A stretch of 26,153 nucleotides of DNA, from the IMG/VR virus record IMGVR_UViG_3300025313_000112, positions 1-26,153 of that record. The stretch is one strand, 5' to 3'. Within the stretch, counting starts at the first letter, position 1. Each line of letters opens with the position of its first letter. This stretch comes from a virus (taxonomy: Duplodnaviria; Caudoviricetes). The notes under the pieces were generated by a model that did not search any database, was not told the DNA's origin, and saw only the letters and a list, made by a program, of their open reading frames with translations. Position numbers and translations under genes: made by a program. Below, piece after piece: positions 1 through 8,729 of this stretch.

Positions 1-1551
1 TTGTGCCGTGGAGGAGAGAGTGACCGCGGCTAGGGTAGCCGCGCCATCGCCGTCAATCGCTACAAGAGCTGTTCCTGCTGCCGTGACTGCAGCAAGGGTG
101 GCTGCACCAGCACCGCTTGGGCCCGAGCTGTATTCGATGTGGAGCTTGGCGGCAAGAGCGGTGTTGTAGTCATAAGTTCTGATGGCGAGATCTCTTGACG
201 AGCTTCCAGTATGTTGTTCATAGATCATCACCATTGCGTTGCCGCTTGCCCATGAGCCTTGGTCAATCAACTCCTGGACAATCGCGGATAGATCGGCACC
301 ATTCGTTGGGTCTCCAGCGGTGGCACCCCATTCGTAGGCAACATCAGTGCCAGACGCAAAAAGATCGGTCGAGTTCCACTGAACGGTAGCAGTCGTTCGA
401 TTACGACCGTCGATGTCGTTGGCACCCGTTGTGAAGGTTCCTGGATTAGGGGATAGTTCACCCCGAATTTGATGCTGGGGTTCGTCAGTGGTGGCATCCG
501 TGATCGTGACTTCGACCGTCGCTAAGTCAATGGTCTCCGTCCCATCTAGTGCTATCGTTGTCCAGCGGAGCCCGACGTGCTCTGTTGTGGCGTCAACCAA
601 TTGGTTTTGGCTGGTCAAGAACATGCCGTCGCTTGTAGCCTGAAACGCGTCGTCGCTGTTTGCCCCCACCTGCTCATCAATCGTCGTGTCAATCTCGATG
701 GGATAGTCTGCGGCCTGGAGCCAGGCAATCGGGATGCGGTGCTCAACGAACAGATTGGGTCCAGTCCTGCGCACTCTGAATATCCCCAGCAACTCGTCTG
801 GGTCCTGATCCTCGACCGGCGCACCATTGGAGCGTGGAAGATTGAAAGTCCACAGGACTTCGCCTGTTGTGCTGTGACGGAACTCAATGTAGCCCTGTGT
901 ATCGACTGGCTTGTTGACCGCCCGATTCCACAAGAGGCCGTTTACAAAGATGTCTAGATTATTTGAGACCTGGAAGACGAACTGCAATCGAGCGACTGGG
1001 TTGCCACCTGCGATGATCTGAGCGGTTGGAGCAGGCCAGCGCGAAGCCTGATCTACGACGAACCGCTTGTCCAGCCTAGTAGTCTGTGTCTGCCAGCGGA
1101 TGTCCATCCCCGGCCCGAAAGCCCCCTGCCAGAACAGGACATCCTCGTTCTGAACGACCGCGGTCACTGCCTGCGGATTTGCGATGGCCTGGATTTGGTC
1201 TAGGTCGTTCGTGTATTGGAGCTGCTGGGGCTGGAAGGCGATGCTCTCGCCCGTGCCAGGATGGACGTACTTGACGATCTGGCCGGAAGAGAAGTCAGCC
1301 AGAGCGAATGCGTTGTAGCCAGCCTGCACCATCTCGAAGTCCCACGGTGCAGTGCCCGGCTGCCAAGCAGTGTTGATCTCCTGATCCTCGGTCGGCCCGT
1401 AGTGCATCGGGCCGATGCCGAGGTCAAGCATGAACCTGTTGGGGTCCGTCGGGTGCTGATGCTTTATGGAGTTGCGGAAACGCGCAACAACCGTGGCACT
1501 AGGCCACAGTTGTTGCGCTCTATCTCGGGCATCCCTCGCAGGATGGGCCAT
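1..1551 (-). CDS. Large virion-associated/adhesin-like protein, 3'-truncated by the window (>=517 aa)
   Basis: Hand translation from ATG 1551 (MAHPARDARDRAQQLWPSATVVARFRNSIK...) is open to base 1; absent from the track because no stop is reached. Contains WLQAADYPIEIDTT, then a beta-sandwich-like block (DDAFQ..GLRW..IVQELIDQGSWASGNAM..AAKLHIEY), then GAATLAAVT repeats with a 21-aa period. Confidence 0.8.
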   Translation of the reverse strand, partial: MAHPARDARDRAQQLWPSATVVARFRNSIKHQHPTDPNRFMLDLGIGPMHYGPTEDQEINTAWQPGTAPWDFEMVQAGYNAFALADFSSGQIVKYVHPGTGESIAFQPQQLQYTNDLDQIQAIANPQAVTAVVQNEDVLFWQGAFGPGMDIRWQTQTTRLDKRFVVDQASRWPAPTAQIIAGGNPVARLQFVFQVSNNLDIFVNGLLWNRAVNKPVDTQGYIEFRHSTTGEVLWTFNLPRSNGAPVEDQDPDELLGIFRVRRTGPNLFVEHRIPIAWLQAADYPIEIDTTIDEQVGANSDDAFQATSDGMFLTSQNQLVDATTEHVGLRWTTIALDGTETIDLATVEVTITDATTDEPQHQIRGELSPNPGTFTTGANDIDGRNRTTATVQWNSTDLFASGTDVAYEWGATAGDPTNGADLSAIVQELIDQGSWASGNAMVMIYEQHTGSSSRDLAIRTYDYNTALAAKLHIEYSSGPSGAGAATLAAVTAAGTALVAIDGDGAATLAAVTLSSTAQ

Positions 1552-1568
1552 TGATCGCCATTCAGCAA

Positions 1569-1991
1569 CTACAGACGGAACCGTTCGTCCCGCAGGATGT
1601 GGAGGATCACCTTGCCCTCTTTCACCTGCATCGCCTGGGTGAACCACAGCCGCGCGATCTCCAACGCCTCCGCCCTGTCCGCGATCCGTGGTCCCGGCCC
1701 AACTTCATCCTTTGGCGCCAACGCGTCCTGCCACGACCACGCCGGCACCTTCCTGGCCCGCGTAATCAACTGCTCGGCCGCGGCCAGCGGATTGACGCCG
1801 AACACCGCATGAAGGTCCATCAGTTCCAGCGGGACCTTGCCGAAGGCGAGCACGTCCACGATCCGATCGATCGTCGCCGGGTACATGACCGACGGCTCGA
1901 TCTCGAACCGCGTCCCCATTTCGGCCTCGGGTTCCTGATTCTCCGACTTCTCACAAAGGTCGTACGGGTTGTAGATTACTGCCTCTTCCAC
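1569..1991 (-). CDS. Hypothetical protein (~140 aa)
   Basis: Same frame as track ORF 1569..2069; GTG 1991 preferred because GAGAGGAG lies 8 nt upstream. Confidence 0.7.
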   Translation of the reverse strand: MEEAVIYNPYDLCEKSENQEPEAEMGTRFEIEPSVMYPATIDRIVDVLAFGKVPLELMDLHAVFGVNPLAAAEQLITRARKVPAWSWQDALAPKDEVGPGPRIADRAEALEIARLWFTQAMQVKEGKVILHILRDERFRL

Positions 1992-2113
1992 GGTGGAATC
2001 TCCTCTCGCGACTGTGATGGGAAGCGCCGACGCCATACATGCCAAGACTTCCGGTCGGCGCTCGACCATCTTGACTTCCGACGGTAGCGGTAGCCGCCCT
2101 CGAACGGCACGGC

Positions 2114-2572
2114 TTACGCTTCGTTCAGCCGGATTTCGAGATTCTGAAGCGTGAGGGTCTGGCCGTCTGACACCGTGCGATCGGCGCCCAGGCTCCAGAA
2201 GTCTTCGACTTCACGGCTTCCCTGCGTTGCGTTGTCGTCGGTGAACACCGCGTACCGCGCCGCACCGCCCGATGCCGGGATCGGCCCACCCGAAGCCGTC
2301 CACACGAGGTCTTTGATCTGGACGAGCCCCCGATCGTTCGTGTCGTCCTCGGTCAGCACATCGAAGTCCGTGCTGTTCCGCGTCAGGATGAGCCCGCCCG
2401 TCGAGTAACCGTTCCCGGCGGCGATCTCCGTCAGCTCCGATTTGGTGTTCGTGTCGGCCACCGGCGCCACGGCGGACGTGACCATGGCGACATAGAAGTT
2501 GGTCGGGAACGCCACTCCCTGAAAGTACCGCCCCAGGATTCGGAACTTGCCCTTGTTCGTTACGCCTGCCAT
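2114..2572 (-). CDS. Minor tail/tail-fibre-associated structural protein (152 aa)
   Basis: AAAGGAG RBS; ELTEIAAGNGY..GG, WTASGGPI..RYAV..D and D.TVSDGQTLT motifs recalled from a widespread small phage virion protein family. Confidence 0.65.
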   Translation of the reverse strand: MAGVTNKGKFRILGRYFQGVAFPTNFYVAMVTSAVAPVADTNTKSELTEIAAGNGYSTGGLILTRNSTDFDVLTEDDTNDRGLVQIKDLVWTASGGPIPASGGAARYAVFTDDNATQGSREVEDFWSLGADRTVSDGQTLTLQNLEIRLNEA

Positions 2573-2575
2573 CGC

Positions 2576-2956
2576 TCACGCTCCTTTGCGCCGTCGGACC
2601 GGCACCTGCAAGGTTTCGAGGATCGTCGTCAGCCGTGTCCTACTCTCAATCTCTCGATCACGTCTCTCCTCCTGAGTGGCCACCATCGCCTCCAGGAAAT
2701 CGGCCATCCGCTTCGTATTCGCTTCGTTGCCGACTGTCGCCTTCTCCATGTTTTCTAGCCGCGCGTTGAAACCATTGTCCACCGCGTCCAGCCGTGCCTT
2801 GTACGGGCCGACCATCTTATCCACCGACTTGTCGGAGTGAATGCGCCCCGTGACGAACCACACGGCCAGCAACAGCAGAATCCCCATCACCCCGAGGGTG
2901 TCAACGACCCCGCCGATCTCCCGAACCAAGGTGACTGTCTGATCCACTTCCATCAT
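2576..2956 (-). CDS. Holin-like membrane protein (126 aa; one TM helix + coiled coil)
   Basis: ATG 2956 overlaps the endolysin stop (ATGA); GGAGG RBS; hydrophobic LGVMGILLLLAVWFV, helical region and basic C-terminus RRRKGA; adjacent to lysin. The track's 287-aa start is too far upstream. Confidence 0.65.
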   Translation of the reverse strand: MMEVDQTVTLVREIGGVVDTLGVMGILLLLAVWFVTGRIHSDKSVDKMVGPYKARLDAVDNGFNARLENMEKATVGNEANTKRMADFLEAMVATQEERRDREIESRTRLTTILETLQVPVRRRKGA

Positions 2957-3879
2957 GCCTCCACCGGCGGCGGACCGTGATAGGGCCAAGTCGGATCGCC
3001 CCGCGCCCACTCGTCCACGGCCATGGCCCACTCGACCGAAACGGCGCCCGGATCGCCTACCTCCGGAGGGGGTGTCGTAATGACACCAACGAACACCTGC
3101 TGGAAGTATGACCTCAGCATGTATCCCAGGTCGATATTCTTCGTGATCCGCCGACCGTCCACGGTGTACGTCTCCAGCTTGCCGTACTCGCTGGCCTGCC
3201 ACTGCGTGACAAGGGACCGGACGAACCCACTCGGTAAGCACGGCGTGAAGTTGTTGCCGATCGGCAACAACCGATCGATCTCCTCGAACGTGAACGCCTG
3301 ACGCCATGTGCCCCCGATCTCCTGCACCGCATAGATGTAGTGCGCGTCCCAAAGATTGATCGCCGCTTCCCACCCATGCACAATGTTCGGCGTCCACCAC
3401 CAGCAAGCCGAGTATTTGTCGTGCTTCGCCTTCGGCCACTGTTTCATCAGCGCGTCCCCTTCGTCACGGACGTGCTTGGTCATCGCCGCGGGCGACACGG
3501 GCGCCAACCCACCGCCCGGATTGGCCGGGTGAGCCGGCGATTCGCAATCGTGCTCGATCAAGGCCGGTTCACGGCCGCCCAGGGCTACTTTCCACCACTC
3601 CAGAAGCGCACTGACGGCCATGTACGGATTGTTGTTCAGGTAGGCCGCCACCTTGAACCCTGCCGCCTGTGCCGCGTCGTAATTGTGGGCGAAGTCGGGA
3701 TCAGGGCCAGACGAGGATCCACAGGCGCGGGCGATCACGACCTCGACCGCCGGGTTATCGTCCTTGAACCGACGCCAGTCGATGCGGCCTTTCGAGCGAT
3801 CGGTCTTGCCTTCGTCGGGATTGTTCCCTCGCCAGACATCGACCACCTTCACGTTTTCAGTAAGCGCAGGCCAACTCAT
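2953..3879 (-). CDS. Endolysin, GH25 muramidase-like (308 aa)
   Basis: VVDVW (first Asp), IDW, VIARA, DPDFAHNYDAAQAAG..AAY, HDCE (D-x-E), LWDAHY, WQ..G, IDL: the GH25 motif series in order; GGGGAGG RBS. Confidence 0.85.
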   Translation of the reverse strand: MSWPALTENVKVVDVWRGNNPDEGKTDRSKGRIDWRRFKDDNPAVEVVIARACGSSSGPDPDFAHNYDAAQAAGFKVAAYLNNNPYMAVSALLEWWKVALGGREPALIEHDCESPAHPANPGGGLAPVSPAAMTKHVRDEGDALMKQWPKAKHDKYSACWWWTPNIVHGWEAAINLWDAHYIYAVQEIGGTWRQAFTFEEIDRLLPIGNNFTPCLPSGFVRSLVTQWQASEYGKLETYTVDGRRITKNIDLGYMLRSYFQQVFVGVITTPPPEVGDPGAVSVEWAMAVDEWARGDPTWPYHGPPPVEA

Positions 3880-4100
3880 ATGTCCTCCCCACTCAACAAT
3901 CTGGCTAATCCTGGCAAAAATGGAATGGCCATCGCACCGAACGTAGCGGCGTTCTTGTTCACGATCGCAGTCCTAACCGCCCGCTTCCCACCTCTACCTA
4001 ATCCCCCCGAACCTCTGGAACCGGAATCGGTTTCGGTGTCGGCCACGATCGCCAACGGCCCGCCATTATCCGCCGGTTGACCGCTACCTTCCACGATCAT
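3876..4100 (-). CDS. Small Gly-rich hypothetical protein (74 aa)
   Basis: Fills the gap exactly: TGATG overlap upstream, ATGA overlap downstream; GGGAG RBS. Confidence 0.6.
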   Translation of the reverse strand: MIVEGSGQPADNGGPLAIVADTETDSGSRGSGGLGRGGKRAVRTAIVNKNAATFGAMAIPFLPGLARLLSGEDI

Positions 4101-5509
4101 CAGATGCTCCCTGCGCTGTCCGAGATTTTGGCCGACAACTGTTCAATGAACCTATCAGCCGCAGGCTCGATAGTCAGTTCGACGCCCGTCTTGCTCTGAG
4201 TGTACCTGACACTTTCAATCGGCACTAGCGTCTCATCATCCCAGGCACTAGGTGACGCCGGTAATGGCGCCAGATCATCCGTCGTGACGCGCACCCAACC
4301 GACATTCGGCTGGACCTCCTCCAGGGGGATGGGTGCGTTCTGCTCGAGGTCGTACACCCGATGTTCAGGGTCGAACTCATTGATCCCGTACACGACACGC
4401 CGGTAGCGATTCACTAAGCCGGAGGAGTAGAGGACGATGAGGTACACCGCGGTTGCCCGCGTCGTGTTAGCAGTCGTCGTGCGATTCACCCCTCCCTCAA
4501 CATCATCCGCCGCGGCCAACGTCCACTTCTGGCTAGTGGCGGGGTCTAGCTGACGGAACCTAAAGCCGTTGGTGTAGGTTGCTCCTGGATCAACAGCAAC
4601 ATCGTCGCTGTCCGTGCCACCGCTTCGCATTCGGACGACCACGTTACCGTTACCGGCCGATAGATTTCGGCGGACGGCCCATATCCCCAGCGCGGCGACG
4701 TAAGTCGCCTGCGATGGCATGGTCGCGAGCGACTTGAAAGCCTGCGTGAATGCTCCACTCGCCCCACCGAGCGACCGGAACGTGACATCAACATCGTGCG
4801 GCGCGTCGTCCACATCCGCATAGGTCCCGCTCCAGGCATCATAGAACCCGGTGCCAATCGGCAAGATAAGTCCGGTGCCATAGCGACTTGTTAGATCATT
4901 CACCGGGTCGTCAATGTTGGTGGCGGTCGGGTCGGCCTCTAGCACCATGTTGTCAAACACAACATCGCCGTTACTGCTTGCATAGGGGCCGAATTGCACC
5001 GCAATCAAGCCAGTTGAACCACGGGAGGAGTGAGTCTTAGTCGCAAGGATCGCCCCGCTGTCGCGGTCGTATAGCGTGAACTTGTTGAATTGTCCGGCGA
5101 CGTTGCTACAGAACATGGACAGCACGTACCACTTCCCCGTCAGAACCGTGTAACTCAGACTATCGGCTTCCCATGTGCCCGTCACCTGCGAATAAACCTC
5201 GAGGAAGCCAGTCGTCCCATTCAGGCGCACCGCGCCCCTGACAATCGAGGAAAGGCCAAGGATCGAGCAGAGGTAAAGAAACTGTCCGGATGCGGGCAAC
5301 GCCGCGAAGTAGATGTGAGCCGAAGCCCAATCATTATCTTCGGTATTGCCACGCTGAAGATAGCTGACCTGGGCGGCCACATTGAACCGCCACGCATAGC
5401 GGCTGCCGGTGGACACCAGACCTGTTTCGAGCGCGCCCACGCCCGATGTCGTCCAGAACGAGCCGTTTCCAACCTCTAGGCCATCCCACCACGTATAGGT
5501 ATGGGTCAC
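4100..5509 (-). CDS. Tail-tip/receptor-binding-like protein with beta-rich (lectin/LamG-like) domains (~469 aa)
   Basis: GTG 5509 overlaps the upstream TGA (GTGA); S/T/G/aromatic-rich; TGKWYVLSM and VVFDNMVL resemble ConA/LamG strands; lies after the hub gene. Confidence 0.6.
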   Translation of the reverse strand: MTHTYTWWDGLEVGNGSFWTTSGVGALETGLVSTGSRYAWRFNVAAQVSYLQRGNTEDNDWASAHIYFAALPASGQFLYLCSILGLSSIVRGAVRLNGTTGFLEVYSQVTGTWEADSLSYTVLTGKWYVLSMFCSNVAGQFNKFTLYDRDSGAILATKTHSSRGSTGLIAVQFGPYASSNGDVVFDNMVLEADPTATNIDDPVNDLTSRYGTGLILPIGTGFYDAWSGTYADVDDAPHDVDVTFRSLGGASGAFTQAFKSLATMPSQATYVAALGIWAVRRNLSAGNGNVVVRMRSGGTDSDDVAVDPGATYTNGFRFRQLDPATSQKWTLAAADDVEGGVNRTTTANTTRATAVYLIVLYSSGLVNRYRRVVYGINEFDPEHRVYDLEQNAPIPLEEVQPNVGWVRVTTDDLAPLPASPSAWDDETLVPIESVRYTQSKTGVELTIEPAADRFIEQLSAKISDSAGSI

Positions 5510-6396
5510 AATGCCACGTCCTGCGCCGGTGTCCACGGTTCGTAGTGAGGCCGACGGTACTCATCGATATAGAAGGTCCAGGGATCGTTGTAAACGTCGC
5601 CCATCGACACGATACCGAAAATGATGTCGAGCGCCCACTGATCCGCGTCGTAGTCTGTCCTCACTCCCCAAGGATTCGGCGTCATCACGTAGGGAGTCGC
5701 GATGAACTGGCCAACCGCGGTCAGGATCGTGGCGACCTCAATATCAGCGGAGACGAGGTATGCCTGAGCGGTCTGGTTGTAGACCCTCCACCGCAAGGTC
5801 TTGACATAGCCATCCAGGAACAACTCCAGCCTCGGCAATTCCGCCGACGAAGAAGCCGAGCCAAGTTTCTCGATATAGGATTTCGGATAGGCGATGCGGC
5901 GCACAACCCTTGTCGCCAAGCCCTTTGCGACGGTTGCATTCCCTACCCGTCCACCCGAGAGGATGTATTCCTTCCGTCCGAACCGCGCGATGCTTCCTGC
6001 GTTACTCTCCGTAGGCGTCCGCTCAAAGGCATCGGCACTGGCCGCGTTCTTGTAGCGCACCCACACCGCATTACCCATCTGATCGAGGGAGATATAACGA
6101 CTTCCCCCCGATCCATTGTGGTAACGCATCCCGCCCACGTAACCGTGAAAAGCCGTTGACCGCGACCCCATAAGTTTCGTGTCCCGCCCCAGCCAAGTCC
6201 GAAAGGCGACCTGCATATCCGAAGGCGGATCATGTATGACAGCCTTGGCCTGCCAGAAGCCCCCGAGCCGACGGTTCTCGAACTCACAAGAGGAGAATCC
6301 CCCTCGATCTCCCTCCGGCGCGTAAGCGTACTCCGCCACTTGGCCGTCGCCATAGAGGGTCACCGGATTCTGAGAGACGACCACGCGCTCGATCAT
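5506..6396 (-). CDS. Putative baseplate hub/Tal-like tail protein (296 aa)
   Basis: ATG 6396 overlaps the upstream stop; F.GYV, N.V.V.Y and SIARFGRKE motifs typical of hub proteins; downstream of TMP. Confidence 0.65.
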   Translation of the reverse strand: MIERVVVSQNPVTLYGDGQVAEYAYAPEGDRGGFSSCEFENRRLGGFWQAKAVIHDPPSDMQVAFRTWLGRDTKLMGSRSTAFHGYVGGMRYHNGSGGSRYISLDQMGNAVWVRYKNAASADAFERTPTESNAGSIARFGRKEYILSGGRVGNATVAKGLATRVVRRIAYPKSYIEKLGSASSSAELPRLELFLDGYVKTLRWRVYNQTAQAYLVSADIEVATILTAVGQFIATPYVMTPNPWGVRTDYDADQWALDIIFGIVSMGDVYNDPWTFYIDEYRRPHYEPWTPAQDVAL

Positions 6397-6740
6397 TGAC
6401 GCGTCCAGCCCACGCCGGCAACCCACACAGCGACGAGGCCAGCGGCCTGCTCCTTAGCCAACATCTGCACCTGCTCTGGTTCGCCATCCAGAAAGATCGT
6501 TTCAGTGAGGCCAAGAACTCTCCACTCCGCCCCTGGCGCAATCAACGCATCCGCCTGAGTGGGTGCTATCTGTTTGATGATCCTCCAAAGTGCTCTAGCC
6601 AACCTGGGACCGAGACGATTAGCAATCTCCAAGAGAGGCCAATCCTCCTCGACCACAACCGTCTCCTGTAGGAGTCGAGCAACGTGTGCCAGACTCTCGG
6701 CCACGACCAGCCTCTCGCCATCTGTGAACACATGGGTCAT
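6393..6740 (-). CDS. Hypothetical protein (115 aa)
   Basis: Abuts the upstream stop and overlaps the downstream start; no recognised motif. Confidence 0.65.
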   Translation of the reverse strand: MTHVFTDGERLVVAESLAHVARLLQETVVVEEDWPLLEIANRLGPRLARALWRIIKQIAPTQADALIAPGAEWRVLGLTETIFLDGEPEQVQMLAKEQAAGLVAVWVAGVGWTRQ

Positions 6741-8729
6741 TCAGGCATTACCCCGCAGGGTGAGATAAGAGTTCGTCGCGTAGAAGGACGCCATGATCGC
6801 CGCGCCTGCGGACGCCATCAGTGGCCCACTGCCGAAAGCCGACGCATAATGGCCCAGGAGAAAGTAGAGACGATACTGCGAGGCCGCTTCCATCCGGCGG
6901 ATGCTACTCGATCGGCTCCAGTTGCTACTTGGGATCAGATTGCCCCCTTGATAGTCATACCGCTTGGTGCGGTCGAACAACATCTGGTAGTCGAGGTCTA
7001 GTTGCGACGACCCGATCAGGTGCGCCCCATTCAGTGTGCCGTCGTGCCAAGCACGGCAGAAGAAGTGATCCAACGGAATCAGCACCAGCCTGGAGAATTT
7101 CAAGTTACTAGCACCGGCAACACGCTCCGCCCTGATCTGGAAGATCAGGTCCGCGGTCAGACTGTCGGCGCCGACTGTATCGGTGAACAATGTCATCCGG
7201 CCCATATCAAGTATCTCGAAGCCGAGCGCCACTGATCGGAAGGGCACCGACAGCGTTTCCCGGTAGAGGTTCCCCGCGCCCGTTCCCCCAAGGTAGGCTC
7301 GCGCCCTTACATTGACATCCCCCACCGCGCCAGCCGTCTGCTCCGCGATCAAGAACATCTGGAACGTCCCAGGGAAAGACGCCAGCTTGCTTGTGCCCGT
7401 CAATGTCACCCTTGTCTCCATCGTTGTCGTGACAAAGGTCGTCGTGGCTACCCGCGCGCTGGGGGCACGCGTGTCGTTGGCCTCTGCCGTGTCCGTCCCC
7501 ATCGCCACCGCCCACCCTGACGGCAACTCGAATTGATGCAGATTCAGGACGCTCTCGAATGATCCGGGCGACTTCATCGCTCCGATGATGAGCGACGACA
7601 GCCCTCCTATACCCGGGGTCGCTCCTCCGCTCGGAGCCTGCGCCCGGATCATCAGACGCGGTGGCGCGTCGCCAGCCGTAACCGCGGCCGGGACTTCCAG
7701 GTAATTCTTCCGTGGGCCGTATGGCGTTTCCGACCCATGACTGACCGGCTGTGTGCCCCAGGATGTGACGGTATTGAGTCGCAGACGCACCCAATATGCG
7801 GTGACACCATTGATTGCCGTCGTCTGCCAGTTGATCCCCGGCGCAAACGAAAGGAGCCACTGACCCGCCGACTTGAACAGCCCGTCCTCACTGCTGGCAA
7901 ACGGATACGCTGTGAACGTCGAACCCCAAACCAGCGTGGTCCAGGCCGCGGAGATAAAAGCCTCCGGCACGATGTCGGCGGTGAAGACACCCGCCGTCAC
8001 TACCGGGATCACCGCATGAAAGCCCGGACGAGTGGCCCATCCGATATACAGGATGTCACCCGCCGCCGGTGTTTCTCCGGCGGCCTTGAACAGATTGATG
8101 CTGGTTCCGGCAATCAGGTTGGCGGAGAACGTCGCCAGACTTGAGTCGAAGTTATACAGATGGGATGGAGCATCGCCGGTGCCTTGACTGCCCAGCGCCG
8201 TGATCGGTTCCTCGGCCTTGTTCACCGACCCATCCACCTTCGTCAAGACCTTGGCCGCTGGCAGGACACCCGGCGGATCACCCCGCCAGGGATGCTCTCG
8301 CTTCAAGTTCAGGCCAACGCTGTCCAGAATGCCGCTGACCTCATACATCACATCCCAATCGTCTTTCTCGTCACCGCTTTCGGCACCCTTCAGGATCGCG
8401 TACCGCCGGTTGTCCTCGACAAGGTGGCGCACCTGCAAATAGATCGGGGACCTCTGCCACCGCGTGTTCCAGTATTGTTTTGCCGCGCGGATGCGCTTCC
8501 ACATATCCTGCCGAAGCACGCCGGTCGCGTTGCCCGTCGCGCCGAGGACATCGAAACCAATCGGCATTAGGGCCTCATCCGAGGCCACCGGGTTATCGAC
8601 CTGTATCTGATCCTCCGACAGTCTCCCACCCGGTGCATCGGACAGATACAACCCGGACAGGTTCAACAGATCGAGGTCGGCCAACACCGCCGCGGCATCT
8701 TTGATTAGGAACTCGCGAGGTCCAGCCAT
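6741..8729 (-). CDS. Distal-tail (Dit-position) protein with inserted beta domains (662 aa)
   Basis: Immediately follows TMP; W..TAING..AYWVRLR beta-sandwich motif; length suggests an evolved Dit. Confidence 0.65.
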   Translation of the reverse strand: MAGPREFLIKDAAAVLADLDLLNLSGLYLSDAPGGRLSEDQIQVDNPVASDEALMPIGFDVLGATGNATGVLRQDMWKRIRAAKQYWNTRWQRSPIYLQVRHLVEDNRRYAILKGAESGDEKDDWDVMYEVSGILDSVGLNLKREHPWRGDPPGVLPAAKVLTKVDGSVNKAEEPITALGSQGTGDAPSHLYNFDSSLATFSANLIAGTSINLFKAAGETPAAGDILYIGWATRPGFHAVIPVVTAGVFTADIVPEAFISAAWTTLVWGSTFTAYPFASSEDGLFKSAGQWLLSFAPGINWQTTAINGVTAYWVRLRLNTVTSWGTQPVSHGSETPYGPRKNYLEVPAAVTAGDAPPRLMIRAQAPSGGATPGIGGLSSLIIGAMKSPGSFESVLNLHQFELPSGWAVAMGTDTAEANDTRAPSARVATTTFVTTTMETRVTLTGTSKLASFPGTFQMFLIAEQTAGAVGDVNVRARAYLGGTGAGNLYRETLSVPFRSVALGFEILDMGRMTLFTDTVGADSLTADLIFQIRAERVAGASNLKFSRLVLIPLDHFFCRAWHDGTLNGAHLIGSSQLDLDYQMLFDRTKRYDYQGGNLIPSSNWSRSSSIRRMEAASQYRLYFLLGHYASAFGSGPLMASAGAAIMASFYATNSYLTLRGNA

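Noticed and set aside
2957-3439. 287-aa version of the holin-like ORF
   Set aside because: The upstream part overlaps the endolysin out of frame; RBS and ATGA coupling place the start at 2956.
1-8729. Diversity-generating retroelement or invertible tail-fibre switch
   Set aside because: No reverse transcriptase, recombinase, TR/VR pair or flanking inverted repeats seen.
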